DNA of 64,000 bases from an uncultured Candidatus Rokubacteria bacterium (lineage in GTDB: Bacteria; Methylomirabilota; Methylomirabilia; Rokubacteriales; CSP1-6). The notes beneath the pieces are model-generated. The model worked only from the letters and a program-made list of their open reading frames with translations, ran no database searches and had not been told where the DNA came from. The stretch is taken from the NCBI GenBank assembly GCA_963754315.1, contig CAVWFS010000015.1, positions 64,001-128,000 of the forward strand. Reading direction: 5' to 3'. This document shows positions 62,436-64,000 of the stretch, in pieces; position 1 is the stretch's first letter, and each line of letters opens with the position of its first letter. The position numbers and the translations under genes were made by a program.

Positions 62436-64000
62436 TCAGAGGGGCCGCGCCAACGCGTCGCGCAGCGACGCGCGAATCCGCTCGACGACCCCGGTGTCTT
62501 CGATCTTCTGCCCCTGACCGTTGGTCACATAGAAGGTATCGACCGCCTTGTCGATCTCGGTGGCGATGCGCGCACTGGTGATATCGAGACCGAGGGCGGC
62601 CAGGGTAGCCGTGATCAGGTAGAGGAGACCCACCCGATCGGGACACTTCACTTCCACGACGGTGGCGACGTCGGACAGCTGGTTATCGACGACTATGCGG
62701 GGCGGGCCCGCCACGGTCGTGGGCTCTCCCTGCGCAGGGCGCCGGCTTTCCAGCAAGGTCTCCACGGTGCGGTCACCCGCGATCACGGCACGAAGGGCGT
62801 CCAGGGTCCGCGTCCAGCGCGCCGCCGCGGAGAGGGGTTCGCCCATAGGATCGTTCACCTGAAGGGTATCAATGGCAACGCCGTCCGCCCGGGTGTGAAT
62901 CTGGGCGGAGATGATGTTGACCCGGTTGGCGGCCAGGGTCCCCGTGATGAGGGAGAAGAGACCGGACACGTCCCGCGCCACCACCACCAGGTCGGAGGAA
63001 CCGAGGTCAGGGTGGTGGAACAGCTCGGTCACCACCGGTTGCTCCTCCAGACGCCGCAGCATGGCCAGATGCTCGGCCATGCGTTGCACACTGGTCGTCG
63101 TCAGATAGCGATCGGAAACCATGGCCACGTGCGCCCGCACCGCTTGCCGGGGCACGTCGTCGCCCGCGTGCGCCTGGAGCCGCTCCACGAGCTGTTGGCG
63201 CGCCGGCCCTTGCTGGTGCCCGCCCGTGAGCTGGGCCAAGGTCCGCGCGAACAGCTCGTGGAGGATCTTCGCCTGCCAGCCAGTGAGCACACCTGGGCCC
63301 ACGGCGCGCATGTCGGCGTAGGTCAGGAGATAGAGCATACGCAGACGCTGGGGGGTCTCGGCAATGGCCGCGAAGTTGGAGATGGTGCGGGGATCGTCGA
63401 TGTCACGCCGCTGAGCCACGTGGGACATACTGAGGTGATGGGCAACCAGGAATTCGACGAGGCTCGCTTCCTCCGTGGGAAGGTCGAGACGCGTGGTGAG
63501 TTGCCGCACAAGGGGGATTCCCTTGGCGACGTGCCCATGCCCCTTGGCCTTGCCGATGTCGTGCAGCAGCATGCCCAGCATGAGTAACTCGGGCTTCTCC
63601 ACCTCATGAAAGACGAGGGCTGCTCCCTCCGATTCCGCCGACTGCCCGGGGGCCAGCGCTTCCAGATGCTGCACGGCCAGGAGTGAGTGCTGGTCGGCCG
63701 AGAACTTGTGGTAGACGTCGTACTGCACGAGACAGGTGAGGGCCCCGAACTCGGGAAGGTAACGCCCGAGCACACCCAACTCGTGCATTTCGGAGAGCGT
63801 CTCGCCAATCCGCCCCCACCGCCGACAGATGTCGAGGAAGACGTCCCGCACACGAGGGTCCTGCTGCACACGCTCGTCGATCGCCTCGACGGCTTCCTCG
63901 ATCGCCCGCTCGAGGTCCGGAGACAGCGTGCACCCCAGCCGATGCATGTGCCAGAAGACCTTCATGAGCCGAGCGGGCTCGGCCGTCAGATCCCTCGGAT
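62436..64000 (-). CDS. glnD: [Protein-PII] uridylyltransferase, 5' end outside the window
   Basis: QYDVYHKFSADQH, LLHDIGK, AQRRDI, LTYADMRAVGP, two ACT domains (DRVGLL). Confidence 0.92.
   Translation of the reverse strand, partial: PRDLTAEPARLMKVFWHMHRLGCTLSPDLERAIEEAVEAIDERVQQDPRVRDVFLDICRRWGRIGETLSEMHELGVLGRYLPEFGALTCLVQYDVYHKFSADQHSLLAVQHLEALAPGQSAESEGAALVFHEVEKPELLMLGMLLHDIGKAKGHGHVAKGIPLVRQLTTRLDLPTEEASLVEFLVAHHLSMSHVAQRRDIDDPRTISNFAAIAETPQRLRMLYLLTYADMRAVGPGVLTGWQAKILHELFARTLAQLTGGHQQGPARQQLVERLQAHAGDDVPRQAVRAHVAMVSDRYLTTTSVQRMAEHLAMLRRLEEQPVVTELFHHPDLGSSDLVVVARDVSGLFSLITGTLAANRVNIISAQIHTRADGVAIDTLQVNDPMGEPLSAAARWTRTLDALRAVIAGDRTVETLLESRRPAQGEPTTVAGPPRIVVDNQLSDVATVVEVKCPDRVGLLYLITATLAALGLDITSARIATEIDKAVDTFYVTNGQGQKIEDTGVVERIRASLRDALARPL

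Overview
GC-rich bacterial chromosomal segment, densely coding, with no rRNA, tRNA, CRISPR array, transposase or phage gene recognised. Gene content and a GGGGCC-hairpin repeat family resemble Ca. Rokubacteria/Methylomirabilota, but that is inference only. Contents in order: carbohydrate ABC, TRAP and Liv ATPase transport genes with a GntR/FadR regulator; hydrolases; dihydropyrimidinase; P-type ATPase; a cytochrome P460-family/cupredoxin fusion; zwf plus a GH63-like glycosidase; an Fe-S/radical SAM/ATP-grasp cluster; acyl-CoA ligases; an orphan E1-alpha; HpaB-like and TPP enzymes; a form II CoxL-like subunit with TctCBA; PhnDCE; yfbR; a tesA-ybbA-ybbP-like locus; a CDP-alcohol phosphotransferase/TPR/SLT fusion; and partial glnD. 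About eight single-base frameshifts suggest long-read assembly errors; one creates a false zwf-glycosidase fusion. Best candidate system: the radical SAM gene at 25103 appears to read through an in-frame UGA (WFC-U-AEP) followed by a SECIS-like hairpin. It is therefore a probable selenoprotein heading an operon with NfuA-like, ATP-grasp and DUF169-like genes, divergent from a CDGSH Fe-S protein. All calls are from motif reading by eye; no database searches were run.
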